NCBI GenBank assembly: GCA_963804165.1
Contig: CAWDPO010000040.1
Coordinates: 166,143-230,142 of the forward strand
Source of the DNA: an uncultured delta proteobacterium
Lineage (GTDB): Bacteria; Desulfobacterota; Binatia; UBA9968
DNA length: 64,000 bases
Direction of reading: 5' to 3'
The notes under the pieces were generated by a model. It did no database searches. It had not been told where the DNA came from and saw only the letters and a list, made by a program, of their open reading frames with translations. Both the position numbers and the translations under genes were made by a program. This document shows positions 1 to 10,300 of the stretch, in pieces (within the stretch, counting starts at the first letter, position 1; each line of letters begins with the position of its first letter).

Positions 1-1
1 T

Positions 2-1660
2 TCATGCCGAGCGATAATTTATCGGCAGCAGGATGCGAAAGATCGTCCCCTGGTTGAGCTGGCTCTCCACCTCGATCCTGCCGCCGTGATTTTTGATAAT
101 GCGATCGCTGATGGAAAGTCCCAAGCCGAGTCCGGCTTTCTTGCGCGCGGTAAAGAAGGGCTGAAAGATCTTTTGCAAGTCGTTGGGCTCGATGCCCATG
201 CCGGTGTCGGCGATGGTCATCATGATCATCGGTTCCGGATTGCCCGCCTTCAGCGCCGCCGCCACCATGAGATTGCCGCCGCCGAGCATGGCGTCGAGAG
301 CGTTTAAATAGAGATTGACCAGCACTTGCTCCAGTTGTTGAGAATCGACGTGAATCTGCGGCAAGTCCGGCGCGATCGCTTTCGTCACCGCGACCTTCTG
401 CTTATACAAACGGGTGTCGATCATTTGCAGGGTTTTGGCGATAAGACTGCCGATGTCGGTCAAGCGCGGGCTGGTATTGACGGGCCGGGCGAACTCCATC
501 AGATCTTGGATAATCTTCTGGCAACGTTTGGATTCCTCGTCGATGATCTGCAGCGATTGATACTCCGGGTTCGCCGGATCCGCGTTGCTCAGCATGTCTT
601 CGACAAAGCCCATGATAATGCCCAGGGGATTATTGAACTCGTGCGCCATGGAAGCAGTGATTTCGCCGAGCGAGACCAAGCGTCCCGAGGCGATCAGCTG
701 CTGCTCCAGCTGCTGCGCTTGGTCGCGTAGTCTTTGTTCATTGGCGCGCAGCGTCTCTTCGGCCTCTTTGAGCTTGCTGATGTCGCTGAAGACAAAAACG
801 CACCCCAACACGCCGCCCTGAAAATCATGCAGCGAGCTGGCGCTCATGAGGAAGTCGCACGCTTTGCCGTTCTGCCGGCGCAAGCGGACTTCGATCCCGT
901 GGACCTTTTTGCCGCCGAGGCAAGTGCTCAGGTGCGATGATCCATCGGCACTCTCATCCCGGGAACAACTCGCGCTCGTACCATTGGCTCGAATGATCGG
1001 AAAGGCTTCATCCACCTGCTCGCGCAGCACGTTTCGGCCTAGGAACTCATGGGTCGCTCGGCTCGCTTCGATGATAGTCCCGGAGTCGTCGCAGACGACG
1101 ATGATTTCGCCCGCCTGCTCGAGAATCGAATGAGCCAACGTGCCCGAGGCCAGGATTTCTTCATTGCGCTTCTGTTCGGTCAAGTCCGTAACCACGACGC
1201 ACAGACATGGGGTTTGCTCGATATGGAGCGGATTTACCGAGTAGTAGGTCGGCACCAGGGTACCGTCGGCCGCGGAGAGGCTGATCTCACCTTTGGCGCC
1301 GCCCTCCTGCGCCTGGCGGAGCAGGGCTTGAAACGCCTCCTGATTTCCCGGCGTGACAAATTTATCGAATGGCATGCCGATGATTTGTTCATGCGGCAAT
1401 TTCACCAATGCGGCAAAGCGTTTATTGCAATAAAGAATCGGTCCGTCGGGCAGAAGCGTGAGCGCGCCTTCGTTCATCTCCTGGAGCAGCACGCGGGACG
1501 GATAATCGGCCCCCTGCAGAGTATAAATCTGCTCGGTGTCGGATTCGGTGATCACCAGCGCGTCGACTTCGCCGCGGCGAATGGCATCTAGTGTTGCCTC
1601 CGCCTCGCTTAGCCGGGCGCGCAGCTCGGCCACTTCCGATTGCCGTTCGAGTTTACTCAT
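2..1660 (-). CDS. PAS/PAS sensor histidine kinase downstream of kaiB
   Basis: Two PAS-like segments; H-box MAHEFNNPL; N-box QVLVNLYLNALDA; G1 DTGMGI; F/G2 FQPFFT...GLGLGL. Confidence 0.92.
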   Translation of the reverse strand: MSKLERQSEVAELRARLSEAEATLDAIRRGEVDALVITESDTEQIYTLQGADYPSRVLLQEMNEGALTLLPDGPILYCNKRFAALVKLPHEQIIGMPFDKFVTPGNQEAFQALLRQAQEGGAKGEISLSAADGTLVPTYYSVNPLHIEQTPCLCVVVTDLTEQKRNEEILASGTLAHSILEQAGEIIVVCDDSGTIIEASRATHEFLGRNVLREQVDEAFPIIRANGTSASCSRDESADGSSHLSTCLGGKKVHGIEVRLRRQNGKACDFLMSASSLHDFQGGVLGCVFVFSDISKLKEAEETLRANEQRLRDQAQQLEQQLIASGRLVSLGEITASMAHEFNNPLGIIMGFVEDMLSNADPANPEYQSLQIIDEESKRCQKIIQDLMEFARPVNTSPRLTDIGSLIAKTLQMIDTRLYKQKVAVTKAIAPDLPQIHVDSQQLEQVLVNLYLNALDAMLGGGNLMVAAALKAGNPEPMIMMTIADTGMGIEPNDLQKIFQPFFTARKKAGLGLGLSISDRIIKNHGGRIEVESQLNQGTIFRILLPINYRSA

Positions 1661-1670
1661 CGCGCGTTCT

Positions 1671-2021
1671 CTAGGCCGCCGGCTCGCTGGGAGCGATCTC
1701 CATGCCGACGATCACCCGCTCGGTGTCCGATAAATCGCCGATGAATCGGCGCAAAGGCAGCGGCAACTTTTTGACCAGCGTCGGCGCCGCGACAATCTGC
1801 TCGCCCTTGGCGAGCGCCGGGTTCTGGTAGATATCGATGACCTCCAGATCATAGCGGCCGTTCAAGTTATGCTCGCAAATCTGTTTGATATTGGCGACGG
1901 CGCGGCTCGAACGTGGCGTCATTCCGGCGATATACAAGCGCAGAACGAATTTTTCCTTCGACTGGTTTTCCAGACGCGACTCGAGTCTCACTACCGTCGA
2001 GCCTTTCATTTGTTTGGTCAT
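1671..2021 (-). CDS. kaiB: KaiB-family protein (second copy)
   Basis: FVLRLYIAGMTPRSSRAV...LEVIDIYQNPALAKGEQIVAAPTLVKKLPLPLRRFIGDLS matches KaiB consensus. Confidence 0.93.
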   Translation of the reverse strand: MTKQMKGSTVVRLESRLENQSKEKFVLRLYIAGMTPRSSRAVANIKQICEHNLNGRYDLEVIDIYQNPALAKGEQIVAAPTLVKKLPLPLRRFIGDLSDTERVIVGMEIAPSEPAA

Positions 2022-2042
2022 TGGCTTTCCTTGTGGTATTTC

Positions 2043-2360
2043 CTAGGTTCGGCCGCGTAAATCCAGGCCGACCAAAACTTTTTCGGTGTTGGACAGATCG
2101 CCGATAATCTTGCGCATGGGCGCGGGCAGATTTCTCACCAGCGTCGGCACCGCGAGAATCTGGTCGCCGCGGGCGAGCTGGGGATTTTCCAGCAAATCAA
2201 TGACGTCGATGCGATATTTATTGCGCAAATGTTCGGCACAGATCTTCTTGAGATTCGAGAATGCGGTGAGCGACTTGGGCGTCTGGCCGGCCACATACAA
2301 GCGCAATACCCATTGATCATCTTGAGCTTCGGAAGGCTTAACGGTCTTTGCCAGAACCAT
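2043..2360 (-). CDS. kaiB: KaiB-family protein
   Basis: [18 protein letters not shown]...[37 protein letters not shown]; start overlaps the kaiC 3' end. Confidence 0.95.
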   Translation of the reverse strand: MVLAKTVKPSEAQDDQWVLRLYVAGQTPKSLTAFSNLKKICAEHLRNKYRIDVIDLLENPQLARGDQILAVPTLVRNLPAPMRKIIGDLSNTEKVLVGLDLRGRT

Positions 2361-4131
2361 GACTGCTTCCTTTCATGTCGCGGCTGCCTGCCCGTTGTGA
2401 GCTCGCGCCGTTGCTGCCGCGCAGCTTCGCCATTTGGGCACGATTGTTCTCTAGCAGCTGCTCACGTTGTTTCTGCCGGGTGATTTCTTTCTCGATTTCC
2501 CGGGTCTCGGAGTCAAATTGCGCCCGGAGCGCGGAGATTTGCGCTTCCAGCGCTTTGCGCTTGCGCTCGAGCTCACGCTGCGCCCGTTCGGTATCTTGTT
2601 GCCGGCTCCGAGCCTCAGCCTTTTCTTTCGCTTCCTGCGTCATCCGCGCGCTGCCCGTTACCACGCCTTCCGGTCCGAGGTAAACGTTCACTAGGTCGAT
2701 GCCGTGGTCGGTCAGGACAAACTCGCGAACCTGATTGGAGTGCGCGATGCCGCGAGCCTTGAGCACGTACAGCACCCGGTTGCGCTCGCCGTTGGTTTCG
2801 ATATTGCGCAGCAGGATCCAGGTGTCCATCAGAGAAGAGACGCCCATTTCAGTCTGTTCTTGATCGACTCCGGCTTCGGTCAGGCTGTTGAAGATCGCCG
2901 TGATGTGACGAGTTTTTAGAAAATCGATCAGACGGGTCAACATCGATCGGGTCTCCAACTTGTCCCCGAGCGACAGAAACGTCGTCAGCGGGTCGAAGAC
3001 CACCACTTTCGGTTTCAGCTCTTCAATCAGTTTATGGACTTTCACAAGATGCATTTCCAATCCATGCAACGAAGGGCGCGCCGCTTCGAAGTGCAGCAAA
3101 CCGTTTTTGCTCCACGCGCCGAGGTCGAGGCCGACGGAGCGCATGTTGCGAACAATTTGCCCCGGACTTTCTTCGCTGGCAAAAAAGACGCAGCGCTCGC
3201 CGCGCCCGCAAGCGGCGTGGACAAAGTGCGCCGCCAGGCTGGTTTTGCCCGTGCCCGCGGTGCCGGACACCAGGATGCTCGAGCCGCGATAATAGCCCTT
3301 GCCGCCTAGCATCTGATCGAGGCTGGGGATACCGCTCGAAATCCGCTCCGCCGCGACCGTATGGTCGAGTCCGAGCGAAGTGATCGGCAGCACCGAGATC
3401 CCATTCTCATCGATCAAAAACGGATACTCGTTGGTGCCGTGAGTCGAGCCGCGATATTTGACGACGCGCAGGCGACGAGTGGAGGTTTGCTCTTTGACTC
3501 GATGGTCGAGCAGGATCACGCAATCGGAAACATATTCTTCGAGGCCGTGGCGGGTGAGGCTGCCGTCGCCGCGCTCAGCGGTAATGATCGCGGTTACGCC
3601 TTTGTCTTTCAGCCAGCGGAAGAGCCGGCGTAATTCGGCGCGCAAGATATTGCTGTCGGACAGACCCGCAAAAATCGCTTCAATGGTGTCGAGCACGACG
3701 CGCTTGGCGCCGATGGAGTCGATGGCGTGCGCCAGGCGAATGAACAGACCTTCGAGATTGTACTCGCCGGTTTCCTCGATCTCGCTGCGTTCGATGCGCA
3801 CGTAGTCGATGAACAGTTTCTTGCGCCGGATGAGATCTGTCAGGTCGTAGCCGAGGGAAGCGACGTTTTTGGTCAGATCCTCCTCGGTCTCTTCAAAGGC
3901 CATAAAGACTCCGGGCTCGTCATACTGCATCACGCCGCGAACCAAGAACTCTATGGCGAACAACGTTTTGCCGCAACCGGCCTGGCCGCAAACCAGCGTC
4001 GGGCGGCCGCGCGGCAACCCGCCGAGTGTGATCTCATCGAGTCCGCTTATACCGGTGGGCGCCTTGGCCAATGCTGGGCGCTCATGATTATTCAGTGCGC
4101 GATTCGTCGCGGCGGTTGTTTTTGGCTTCAT
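2338..4131 (-). CDS. kaiC: Circadian-clock-like ATPase KaiC (double RecA domain, long coiled-coil C-tail, KaiC2-like)
   Basis: P-loops GQAGCGKT and GTAGTGKT; EE pairs AFEE/ASEE; phosphosite region [12 protein letters not shown]; VLKARG; E/R/Q-rich tail. Confidence 0.96.
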   Translation of the reverse strand: MKPKTTAATNRALNNHERPALAKAPTGISGLDEITLGGLPRGRPTLVCGQAGCGKTLFAIEFLVRGVMQYDEPGVFMAFEETEEDLTKNVASLGYDLTDLIRRKKLFIDYVRIERSEIEETGEYNLEGLFIRLAHAIDSIGAKRVVLDTIEAIFAGLSDSNILRAELRRLFRWLKDKGVTAIITAERGDGSLTRHGLEEYVSDCVILLDHRVKEQTSTRRLRVVKYRGSTHGTNEYPFLIDENGISVLPITSLGLDHTVAAERISSGIPSLDQMLGGKGYYRGSSILVSGTAGTGKTSLAAHFVHAACGRGERCVFFASEESPGQIVRNMRSVGLDLGAWSKNGLLHFEAARPSLHGLEMHLVKVHKLIEELKPKVVVFDPLTTFLSLGDKLETRSMLTRLIDFLKTRHITAIFNSLTEAGVDQEQTEMGVSSLMDTWILLRNIETNGERNRVLYVLKARGIAHSNQVREFVLTDHGIDLVNVYLGPEGVVTGSARMTQEAKEKAEARSRQQDTERAQRELERKRKALEAQISALRAQFDSETREIEKEITRQKQREQLLENNRAQMAKLRGSNGASSQRAGSRDMKGSSHGSGKDR

Positions 4132-4387
4132 AGGGTTTTCTTTGGCGACAAAAATTTAAGATCGGCGCTGATTGAACGCAAGCCCCCGTCTAAAATGTTT
4201 CTCGTGAACTGCCTGCCGGACACAAAGTTCGATGCTGTCTATGCGACACTCGGGTACGACGGGCCGTCCTCGCGATATCACAAGCGCTCACTGATCACCC
4301 GCGCACCTCCTCCACGACTACCAACCTTCAACCGGAAAATTCTAAAATCTGATGGGACTCAAGACGCAAAAGACGTCTGTCCCACTT

Positions 4388-4747
4388 TCAACTCGTCAGC
4401 TCGCGCACGATGCCCTTTAATTTTTGAATGTCCAGGGGTTTGGTCAGATACTCTTTCGCCCCTTTGCGAAAACACTCTTCGCGAGTGTCCGCCGTGGGGT
4501 AGGCGGTGATCATGACGACTTGCGTCGACGGCGCGCGCTGCTTGATTTCCGCGAGCAGCGCGACGCCGTCGACGGGAAACATTTTGATGTCGAGAATAGC
4601 GGCGCAATACTCGTTGTTTTGAATGAAATTCAGGGCTTGATGGCTGCCATGCGCGACGCTGACCGCGTAACCTTCCTTGCTGAAGATGCGCTCTAGAAGG
4701 ATCAGCAGATTCTCTTCATCATCGACAATTAAAATAGAACTTGCCAT
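4388..4747 (-). CDS. Single-domain response regulator
   Basis: ILIVDDE, LDIKM (phospho-Asp), ITAY, YLTKP; start chosen at MASS, upstream ATGs possible. Confidence 0.9.
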   Translation of the reverse strand: MASSILIVDDEENLLILLERIFSKEGYAVSVAHGSHQALNFIQNNEYCAAILDIKMFPVDGVALLAEIKQRAPSTQVVMITAYPTADTREECFRKGAKEYLTKPLDIQKLKGIVRELTS

Positions 4748-4994
4748 CGTTGCTTCCAGCATACTCCCTGTCATGGACTGCATTCCCCATCCCCCGCTCT
4801 CGTCACATTGCCGCGCGCTAAGTTATACCCAGCCGCTTCAAATGAAGAGTCCTCACCGTTTTTGCCGCGATCCATCCGCAGAACAGCAAATGGCCGTGGT
4901 TTGATGAGACTCGGTCTACGACCTCAAAGCTTCTATCACTACTCGTTTTGGCACCGCAACGGTTATGTCGTCGCGCTGATAACCGCCTGGAACC

Positions 4995-5043
4995 AAAAAA
5001 CACTGCGGCGGCACTCGGGCAGAATGGCTTCCCGAGTGCCGCC
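4995..5043 (-). terminator. Intrinsic terminator after BON gene
   Basis: 13-bp stem GGCGGCACTCGGG/CCCGAGTGCCGCC followed by a T-run on the minus strand. Confidence 0.65.
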
Positions 5044-5091
5044 CCGCTCGGGATCCTTGATCCCTGGTAGCCAACAACAACGAGCCGGGTG

Positions 5092-5427
5092 CTATTTTTT
5101 ACTTTGCACCTGAAGATTGTTCTGCACGCGTTTGACGCCTTTGACTTGCATCGCCAATTGCTCGGCGCGCTGCTTTTGATCGGGCGACTCGACGATGCCG
5201 GTGAGCGAAACCACTTGTTTGGCGGTGTCGACATCGACCCGGGTCAAATTCGAGGCCTTTTCAGCGACGAGCTTAGATTTTACGGTCGCCGTAATCGTCG
5301 AGTCATCGACGTATTCACCGGCGGTTTCGCCGGTCATCGATGTGCATCCGCTGGTCGATAGAAAAATCGCCAGTAACCCGGACGCGACCGGCAGCCAAAA
5401 AGAAGAATAGGTTTTTCGTAACGACAT
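5092..5427 (-). CDS. BON-domain (OsmY-like) lipoprotein
   Basis: Lipobox-like STSGC; VDDSTITATVKSKL...VSLTGIVES...VKGVKRVQNNL; GGAGG RBS. Confidence 0.9.
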   Translation of the reverse strand: MSLRKTYSSFWLPVASGLLAIFLSTSGCTSMTGETAGEYVDDSTITATVKSKLVAEKASNLTRVDVDTAKQVVSLTGIVESPDQKQRAEQLAMQVKGVKRVQNNLQVQSKK

Positions 5428-5477
5428 GGAACCTCCAAAATTTTAAACTTCCGAAAAGTCAGTCCGCTCCTTGCTGC

Positions 5478-5630
5478 TTAGATCCCTCCCGTGAGCAATA
5501 GGATGATGATAATCAGCAGCACCAAACCCAGACCGCCGCTCGGGTAGTATCCCCAGCCGGAACTGTAAGGCCAGGTCGGCAGAGCGCCGATTAACAGCAG
5601 AATGAGGATAATCAGCAAAATGGTTCCCAT
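5478..5630 (-). CDS. DUF3309-family small membrane protein
   Basis: MGTILLIILILLLIGALPTWPYSSGWGYYPSGGLGLVLLI; GAGGGG RBS before the ATG at 5630. Confidence 0.9.
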   Translation of the reverse strand: MGTILLIILILLLIGALPTWPYSSGWGYYPSGGLGLVLLIIIILLLTGGI

Positions 5631-5696
5631 TTGGATTCCCCCTCTCAGTGTTAGATGCCTGATCCTGACTGCCAAAAAGAGCGCACGCTATTTTCG

Positions 5697-6851
5697 TCAA
5701 GTCGGCAGACGCGATTCATTGCAAGGGACACTCCGAAACGCCATTGTCTCTGCGTCTTGCTTCGCCGCCCGACCTTTTCGCGCTTGGGTGAGCACGGGTC
5801 GGGACTCGAACGCAGCGAGCTCGAGGCCGACTACGCGCGGCCGCTTCGGCGCCTTGGTCAGACCATTGAGGCGCGACTCATAACCGGTCTTTCTTAAAAC
5901 CTCCATGACCCGACTCTCCGAGCCCCAGTCGCTCCAGAAAACATTGCGGACGGGCAGCGTGACGAGCCTCGACGCGTGATCGCGCGCCAGTCGCTCCAAA
6001 ATTTCTTTGGAAAAATTGATCGGCGACAAATCCTGATAGATTTCCTCCACCACGCCCTCCTCATCGGCCGTGCCGATGGCGTCATAAACGGCCCGATACA
6101 TGCAGGACAATGCCGGGGAGAGATCGATCATCAGCTCCATCAGCGTGCTGGTTTTGAAGACCATCATCATGGTGTTCCACAACGCGCCGTCGCGTGTCAG
6201 CTTTTGCGCGCTTTCGTAGTCTGGTTTCTCGACAAACGACGAGATCCGGAATAGCGGGTTAGGGCCTCGTTTGAGTCTGCAGCCAGGCAGGATATAGCCG
6301 TACTCGGACTCTTCCCGGTCGGGCTCGATGCCCATCAGGACGACGCGCGATGGATCGCGCTTGACCAAAAGTTGAGCGAATTTCAGGTGGCGCGCCAGCT
6401 CGTCTGCTTCAAGGATGAAATGGTCCGACGGCATGACGGTGACAACGGAGTTCGGATAACGCTTGGCGATGTGGAGAAGGGAAAGAAAGATCCCCGGCGC
6501 CGTCTCCTTGTTTTCGGGCTGCACGATCACCGTATTGGGGCTTCGATTCACCAGCTGGCACCGCACGTCCGGAAAGGCAAGGTGGCTCTTGTTGATGACC
6601 GTAAACACGCGGTTTGCCGCAGCTAACTTACCCGCCCGCTCGAAGGTGTGTTCGAGCATGGAGCGGCGACCGATAAAACTAACGTACTGCTTGGGCAGCA
6701 AGTCGCCGCGTAAAAGGTGGACGAACGGGCGCAGCCGTTTCCCTTCCCCGCCGGCGAGTACGAGCGCGCAGGGCAGCGAATCTTTCTGAGCGAGCTCGAT
6801 TGGATTCTCTATACGAGCTTGGTGATTACTGCTGGCGTGAGATTGTCCCAT
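5697..6851 (-). CDS. Mannose-1-phosphate guanylyltransferase-like nucleotidyltransferase (copy 1)
   Basis: LAGGEGKRL...LPKQY, QPENKETAPG, PSDHFI, YGYI, FVEKP, WSDWGS; no isomerase/cupin domain. Confidence 0.85.
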   Translation of the reverse strand: MGQSHASSNHQARIENPIELAQKDSLPCALVLAGGEGKRLRPFVHLLRGDLLPKQYVSFIGRRSMLEHTFERAGKLAAANRVFTVINKSHLAFPDVRCQLVNRSPNTVIVQPENKETAPGIFLSLLHIAKRYPNSVVTVMPSDHFILEADELARHLKFAQLLVKRDPSRVVLMGIEPDREESEYGYILPGCRLKRGPNPLFRISSFVEKPDYESAQKLTRDGALWNTMMMVFKTSTLMELMIDLSPALSCMYRAVYDAIGTADEEGVVEEIYQDLSPINFSKEILERLARDHASRLVTLPVRNVFWSDWGSESRVMEVLRKTGYESRLNGLTKAPKRPRVVGLELAAFESRPVLTQARKGRAAKQDAETMAFRSVPCNESRLPT

Positions 6852-6929
6852 TGGTTCTCCTTGTCTATCGGTGAATATCTCCCTACAAATCCGCCAATCT
6901 ATCCGGCCGGTCTAAGCGCGATCCGATTA

Positions 6930-7232
6930 TTAATAACCAGCGCCGAGTGCACGGACTTTGGCAAGCTCGACTGCCTTGTCGCGGAAAGCTTTTGAAGCGA
7001 CTGCGCCGGACAAAGTGACTTCGTTTTTAGCCGCTTCGGCGGTCACGTCGATGACAGCCTTTAGTTGCTCGTCGGTTTCCAGTTTCGCGCGGATGAGTCT
7101 TTCCAGTTCCAAGTCGTACATCATGAATGCCCGGGAGTCCCACGCGGTCCACCGTTCATCGGGGCTCTCACCGGGCATAAAAAGTAGCGCGCAAATCAAA
7201 ATGACAGGGATGATCCAACCTAGTTGCGTCAT
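6930..7232 (-). CDS. BON-like exported protein (possibly C-terminally truncated)
   Basis: Hydrophobic N-terminus; DLELERLIRAKL...IDVTAEAAKNEVTLSGAV. Confidence 0.6.
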   Translation of the reverse strand: MTQLGWIIPVILICALLFMPGESPDERWTAWDSRAFMMYDLELERLIRAKLETDEQLKAVIDVTAEAAKNEVTLSGAVASKAFRDKAVELAKVRALGAGY

Positions 7233-7272
7233 GCGAACACTCGCCTACGATTCCGACTCGTTGGGGCATCGA

Positions 7273-7288
7273 CACAAAGAATGTGCCA
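7273..7288 (-). promoter_or_regulatory. sigma54-like promoter (variant -12)
   Basis: TGGCAC-ATTCT-TTGTG about 40 nt upstream of the 7232 ATG. Confidence 0.5.
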
Positions 7289-8207
7289 AACAGTTAGATC
7301 ACTTATTGTGTGATAATTAACCGAATTTTCTCACATGGTCCGCCGTCTGTAAGTTTTTAAAGACAAGTTGAGCTGAAATTGCTTACAGCAAATTATTTGA
7401 CTATTGGGCTGTGCGAGTTGATCGGCCAGTGGCGCGCCGCTGAAAAATACGCTCCGTGAGAGCCATAGCAACTGCGCAGGCCGCGGGAACTGCAAGGCTC
7501 TAAAGGTCAAATCTTTAACCGCAGGACGAATTGAACTTGCAAGTCCGAGCTAGCGATGAGAATTGACTTTCGAGGACGGCACCTTTGAATGTCTGGATCA
7601 GAGGATCACTCCAGACTCGCTCAGATTTACACCATCTGGGCCGCCGATCGTCTCGTCATGTCGTGGAAGATCGACATGGAAGCCATGACATCCAGGGGAC
7701 GTGCCGAGGAAACTGATCCGGCGGCTAGTGGATTGGCGCGACAGCATCGCGCGGTGGAACAAGGAAAAGTGCAACTGGGCTGAGAGACAGTAAGACCGCC
7801 TAGGTAGATTTAACACGCCATTTTATTTTATTCTTCTAGCTTCAATGACTTTCATGTAGATTGCGCTCATCGTGTGGCATCGCTCGGACCAAATAATTTC
7901 AAAGATTTGCGCTGCGGCGCCATAAAATTCTCTCAAGTACGGGCCAATCCGACAATCTTGGTGAGGATATTGCAGTTGATGCAATAAAAGCTTACTAAGG
8001 CGGTAAAAGAGCCTCAACTGTGTGGATCTTTTCCGACAAATAGTAGGAAATAACGTACGCGCAACTGCTGACAATCAACACGCTGCACATCAATAAGACT
8101 TTTGGCGCGACGCGAAATGAGTAAATCTTACCGCCGAATAAAGTGCACATAAGAAAATGCACATAAGTTCGGCGAGCTTTAAAGTTAAGTTACTGGGGTG
8201 ACAGAAC

Positions 8208-9632
8208 ATGTCCGCGGGCAATCTCTTGATCGTCGACGACGATCAAAACCTAATGGAGCTGGTCCAATCGAAATTGCGGGCCGCCGGTTATGAAGCCACG
8301 TCGGCACCAACCGGACGGGACGCCTTGCAATTGGTCAAAGAGGGGATTTTCGATCTGTGCATCGTTGATCTGAGACTCGCCGATCTGGACGGCATATCGC
8401 TGATGCGTGAGTTGCACCAGGTCAACCCGGGCATGCGCGTGATCATTCTCACCGGCTACGGTAGCGTTGAGAGCGCCGTGGCGGCAATGCAAGAAGGCGC
8501 TTATAGCTACCTGACTAAACCGTTCAACACCCAGGAACTGCTGCTGCAAATCTCCAGGGCGTTGGAGAATCGCAGGCTTAATTCCGAGATCGAGCGGTTG
8601 AGGGGCCTTCTGGAAGAAACCTACGACTTTCCCAACATCGTCGCCAAGAGCGCGAAGATGCGCAGCGTGCTGGATTTCGTTTCGCGGATTGCCGGCACCG
8701 AGTCGACCGTTTATCTGCACGGCGAGAGCGGCACCGGAAAGGAAATCATCGCCAAGGCGATTTATTTAGCCAGCGGCCGAAAAGATAAGCCGTTTGTCGC
8801 CATCAACTGCGCAGCTTTGCCCGAGCCCTTGCTCGAGAGCGAGCTGTTCGGTCATGAGAGGGGATCGTTTACCGGTGCGGAAAAAACCACCCGAGGCTTG
8901 CTGAGCCAAGCCCACACCGGCACTTTCTTCCTGGACGAAATCGGCGACATGCCGTTGTCGATTCAAGCTAAATTGCTGCGCGCCCTGCAGGACCGCCAGT
9001 TTTATCCGGTTGGCAGCGAAAAGCCGGTGCAGGTGAACGTCAGAATCATCGTCGCGACCAATAAGAACTTAGAAGAGGAAGTGGCAAAGGGAAATTTCCG
9101 CATGGATCTTTTCTATCGGTTGCATGTGATTCCGATTCATTTGCCAACGCTGAGAGAGAGGAAAGAAGATATACCGCTGCTGGCCGACCGGTTCCTGAAG
9201 CAGATTTCCCAGCAGATGAAGAAAAAAATTAAGGGCATCACGCCGGAAGCCATGCGTAAGCTAATGCTCTACGACTGGCCAGGCAACGTCCGCGAACTGG
9301 AAAACACGCTGGAATACGCCGTGGCGATGACCCGCCATGACATGATCACCGAGGACGCCATTCTGCACACGAAAAACATCGCCATGAGGGGGGCGCGCTC
9401 TGACGATATAGGTCAATTCGTGAACGGCGGGACTTCGCCGATCAAGTCCTACAAAAATGCCAAGTATGAATTTGAAAAAAGCTATCTGACTTACTTGCTC
9501 AAGCTTTGCGGCGGCAGAGCCAGCGAGGCGGCGAAACTGGCGGCAAAATCCCGCACCGATTTTTATGAATTGCTGAGAAAACACGAAATCAGGATAGACG
9601 ACTTCAAGCGCCCCGAAATGAGCCAAAGCTAG
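8208..9632 (+). CDS. sigma54-dependent response regulator, GlrR/QseF-like
   Basis: Receiver; AAA+ GESGTGKE, ESELFGHERGSFTGA, FLDEIGDM, WPGNVRELEN; HTH FEKSYL...SRTDFYELLRKHEI...DDFK resembles the GlrR C-terminus. Confidence 0.92.
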   Translation: MSAGNLLIVDDDQNLMELVQSKLRAAGYEATSAPTGRDALQLVKEGIFDLCIVDLRLADLDGISLMRELHQVNPGMRVIILTGYGSVESAVAAMQEGAYSYLTKPFNTQELLLQISRALENRRLNSEIERLRGLLEETYDFPNIVAKSAKMRSVLDFVSRIAGTESTVYLHGESGTGKEIIAKAIYLASGRKDKPFVAINCAALPEPLLESELFGHERGSFTGAEKTTRGLLSQAHTGTFFLDEIGDMPLSIQAKLLRALQDRQFYPVGSEKPVQVNVRIIVATNKNLEEEVAKGNFRMDLFYRLHVIPIHLPTLRERKEDIPLLADRFLKQISQQMKKKIKGITPEAMRKLMLYDWPGNVRELENTLEYAVAMTRHDMITEDAILHTKNIAMRGARSDDIGQFVNGGTSPIKSYKNAKYEFEKSYLTYLLKLCGGRASEAAKLAAKSRTDFYELLRKHEIRIDDFKRPEMSQS

Positions 9633-9788
9633 TTTCGCCATGCGCAGTGGCTGAAAGTTTTTCCCGTCCTAATCACACCGGAAAAAGACATACGGATCTG
9701 TAGGTGAATCTCCGCGCGTCAGACGGCGCGCGTTCGCCACGCCGTCATAAACATACGACAACTGAATAGTTAGCGCGATTCATCGCAG

Positions 9789-9804
9789 TGGCACAGCCGT
9801 TGCT
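9789..9804 (+). promoter_or_regulatory. sigma54 -24/-12 promoter
   Basis: TGGCAC-AGCCG-TTGCT upstream of the 49-aa zinc-finger ORF. Confidence 0.8.
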
Positions 9805-9869
9805 CGTTAGCCTTCTGTGACCGCAGCCGAAGATTACTGCGCCGTCGTTCGTAATAGAAAAGAGGGAAC

Positions 9870-10019
9870 ATGGAGAAAGATGGGTCAGATATCAAAAGCC
9901 TCGTGAAGCCGTCCTCGGCGTTCGAATGCGACGGGTGCGGCGAGTGTTTCGGGTCCTGGGAGCGTCTCCGGCAGCATCAGGTCGATTGCAAAAGCGATGA
10001 ATCAGAGGAGTGGTTGTAA
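9870..10019 (+). CDS. 49-aa classical zinc-finger (CCHC-type) microprotein, absent from ORF track
   Basis: Manual translation MEKDGSDIKSLVKPSSAFECDGCGECFGSWERLRQHQVDCKSDESEEWL; F-x-C-x2-C-x3-F-x5-L-x2-H-x3-C; AGAGGG RBS; own sigma54 promoter. Confidence 0.75.
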   Translation: MEKDGSDIKSLVKPSSAFECDGCGECFGSWERLRQHQVDCKSDESEEWL

Positions 10020-10300
10020 CGGGATACCGCTTCGCTCTCCGATTATGAACTCGCTCAGTCGCGCCAATCTGGAAAGCGCGGATTTCGCCTGCTAAGTACG
10101 GCGGAGCTTTTTATCTGGCGCGGGCTGTCTGAGCCTTCCAGCTGATCACAAGCGGGCAATTCGACAGTTTCGGGTCACGCGGATTTCGCTCGGCGCCTCA
10201 GAACCGCCGATCGAGCGGTATCTCTGTAGCCGTTCGCTCGTGATGGCAACCCGTCACGCCGATGTGTGGTCGGTAGACAGCCGCAATCAGCAACAAAGCC

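Noticed and set aside
4170-4235. ECF-like promoter upstream of kaiC
   Set aside because: GAACTT/GAAAC elements are present but the -10 match or spacing is poor
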